From the NCBI GenBank assembly GCA_041394985.1, contig JAWLBI010000001.1, positions 2,198,882-2,262,881 of the forward strand: a DNA stretch of 64,000 nt, read 5' to 3'. The position numbers and the translations under genes were made by a program. Below the pieces are notes generated by a model that ran no database searches, was not told the DNA's origin, and saw only the letters and a program-made list of their open reading frames with translations. The stretch is from Candidatus Zixiibacteriota bacterium (GTDB taxonomy: Bacteria; Zixibacteria; MSB-5A5; GN15; JAAZOE01). Every line of letters starts with the position of its first letter. Positions within the stretch are counted from its first letter, which is position 1. Of this stretch, positions 63,605 through 64,000 are shown one piece after another.

Positions 63605-64000
63605 ATGAACTTCGAATTTATACACAACGGCGAACTCAAGACTGTCGACCTTAAGGACAACCGCATCGCGACCTTTCCCGATGGCAACAAAACCATCGAA
63701 ATAGATCGCACCCCCGACGGCCGGTATTTCATGAAGACGGGCGAGGGGACGACCGAGGTGTTCGTTGTCAGCAACGGCAAGACGACTTTTGTCGATGTCA
63801 ACAGCGTCCTCTATGAATTCACCCAGCCGACCCAAGATGGCGCGGCCGGTGGCGGCGGGGCGGGAGATTTATCCGATCCATCCAAAGTGTTCGCTCCCAT
63901 GCCGGGCAAAGTCGTCAAAGTGATGGTCTCGGTGGGCGATGAAGTGGCCGAAAAGGCGCAGCTCATCATTGTCGAGGCGATGAAGATGGAGCATGTCTGT
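63605..64000 (+). CDS. BT plus biotinyl (BCCP) portion of the carboxylase alpha subunit, 3'-truncated by the window end
   Basis: ATG sits 7 nt after ggag and the frame is open to the window end. It ends ...APMPGKVVKVMVSVGDEVAEKAQLIIVEAMKMEHV, which contains the biotinylation motif EAMKM. It is not in the ORF track because there is no stop within the window. Confidence 0.8.
   Translation, partial: MNFEFIHNGELKTVDLKDNRIATFPDGNKTIEIDRTPDGRYFMKTGEGTTEVFVVSNGKTTFVDVNSVLYEFTQPTQDGAAGGGGAGDLSDPSKVFAPMPGKVVKVMVSVGDEVAEKAQLIIVEAMKMEHVC

Overview
This 64-kb window looks like a chromosomal fragment of an uncultivated diderm bacterium. The evidence is Omp85-, BamB- and porin-like genes, LPS-heptose genes, canonical TTGACA/TATAAT promoters and several sigma54 activators. 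GC is mid-range by eye, and taxonomy cannot be fixed from sequence alone. I support about 57 CDS (mostly + strand) and one tRNA-Arg(CCT). I found no rRNA, CRISPR array, transposase or integrase.

Gene content in order:
- acyP, apt and an RlmI-like methyltransferase.
- A run of secreted and outer-membrane proteins.
- GH57 and GH13 glycosidases and an M48 protease.
- A 1.07-kb ORF-poor regulatory region with sigma54-type promoters, leading into a sugar-transferase/PEGA/FN3 surface cluster.
- A PrsK/PrsR-like two-component pair plus a second sigma54 activator.
- A translationally coupled NurA-HerA-Mre11 cassette with no Rad50, followed by a methyltransferase and a Cys-less asparagine-synthase-like enzyme.
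- An NSS transporter with a small subunit missing from the ORF track, uppP, a GT9-GmhB fusion and an orphan AmmeMemoRadiSam radical SAM enzyme.
- A coupled three-gene envelope operon: a peptidase-MA/PD40/Omp85 fusion, a PQQ-propeller lipoprotein and a HEAT-repeat protein.
- hsp20, dnaK, a J-like gene and dnaJ.
- An AT-rich, repeat-laden accessory island holding DUF2971, a GIY-YIG gene bracketed by inverted hairpin modules plus a truncated second copy, and a ComF-like PRTase.
- An archaeal-type HMG-CoA synthase/thiolase/DUF35 trio fused into one operon with methylcrotonyl-CoA carboxylase and methylglutaconyl-CoA hydratase genes.

A family of modular GC-rich hairpin repeats occurs at seven or more loci. 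It generates several spurious ORFs in the supplied track.

The best candidates for something new are the Rad50-less NurA-HerA-Mre11 cassette, the GIY-YIG/hairpin element, the HMGCS-MCC hybrid operon and the Omp85-fusion operon. All functional calls come from motif recognition by eye, since no database search was possible.
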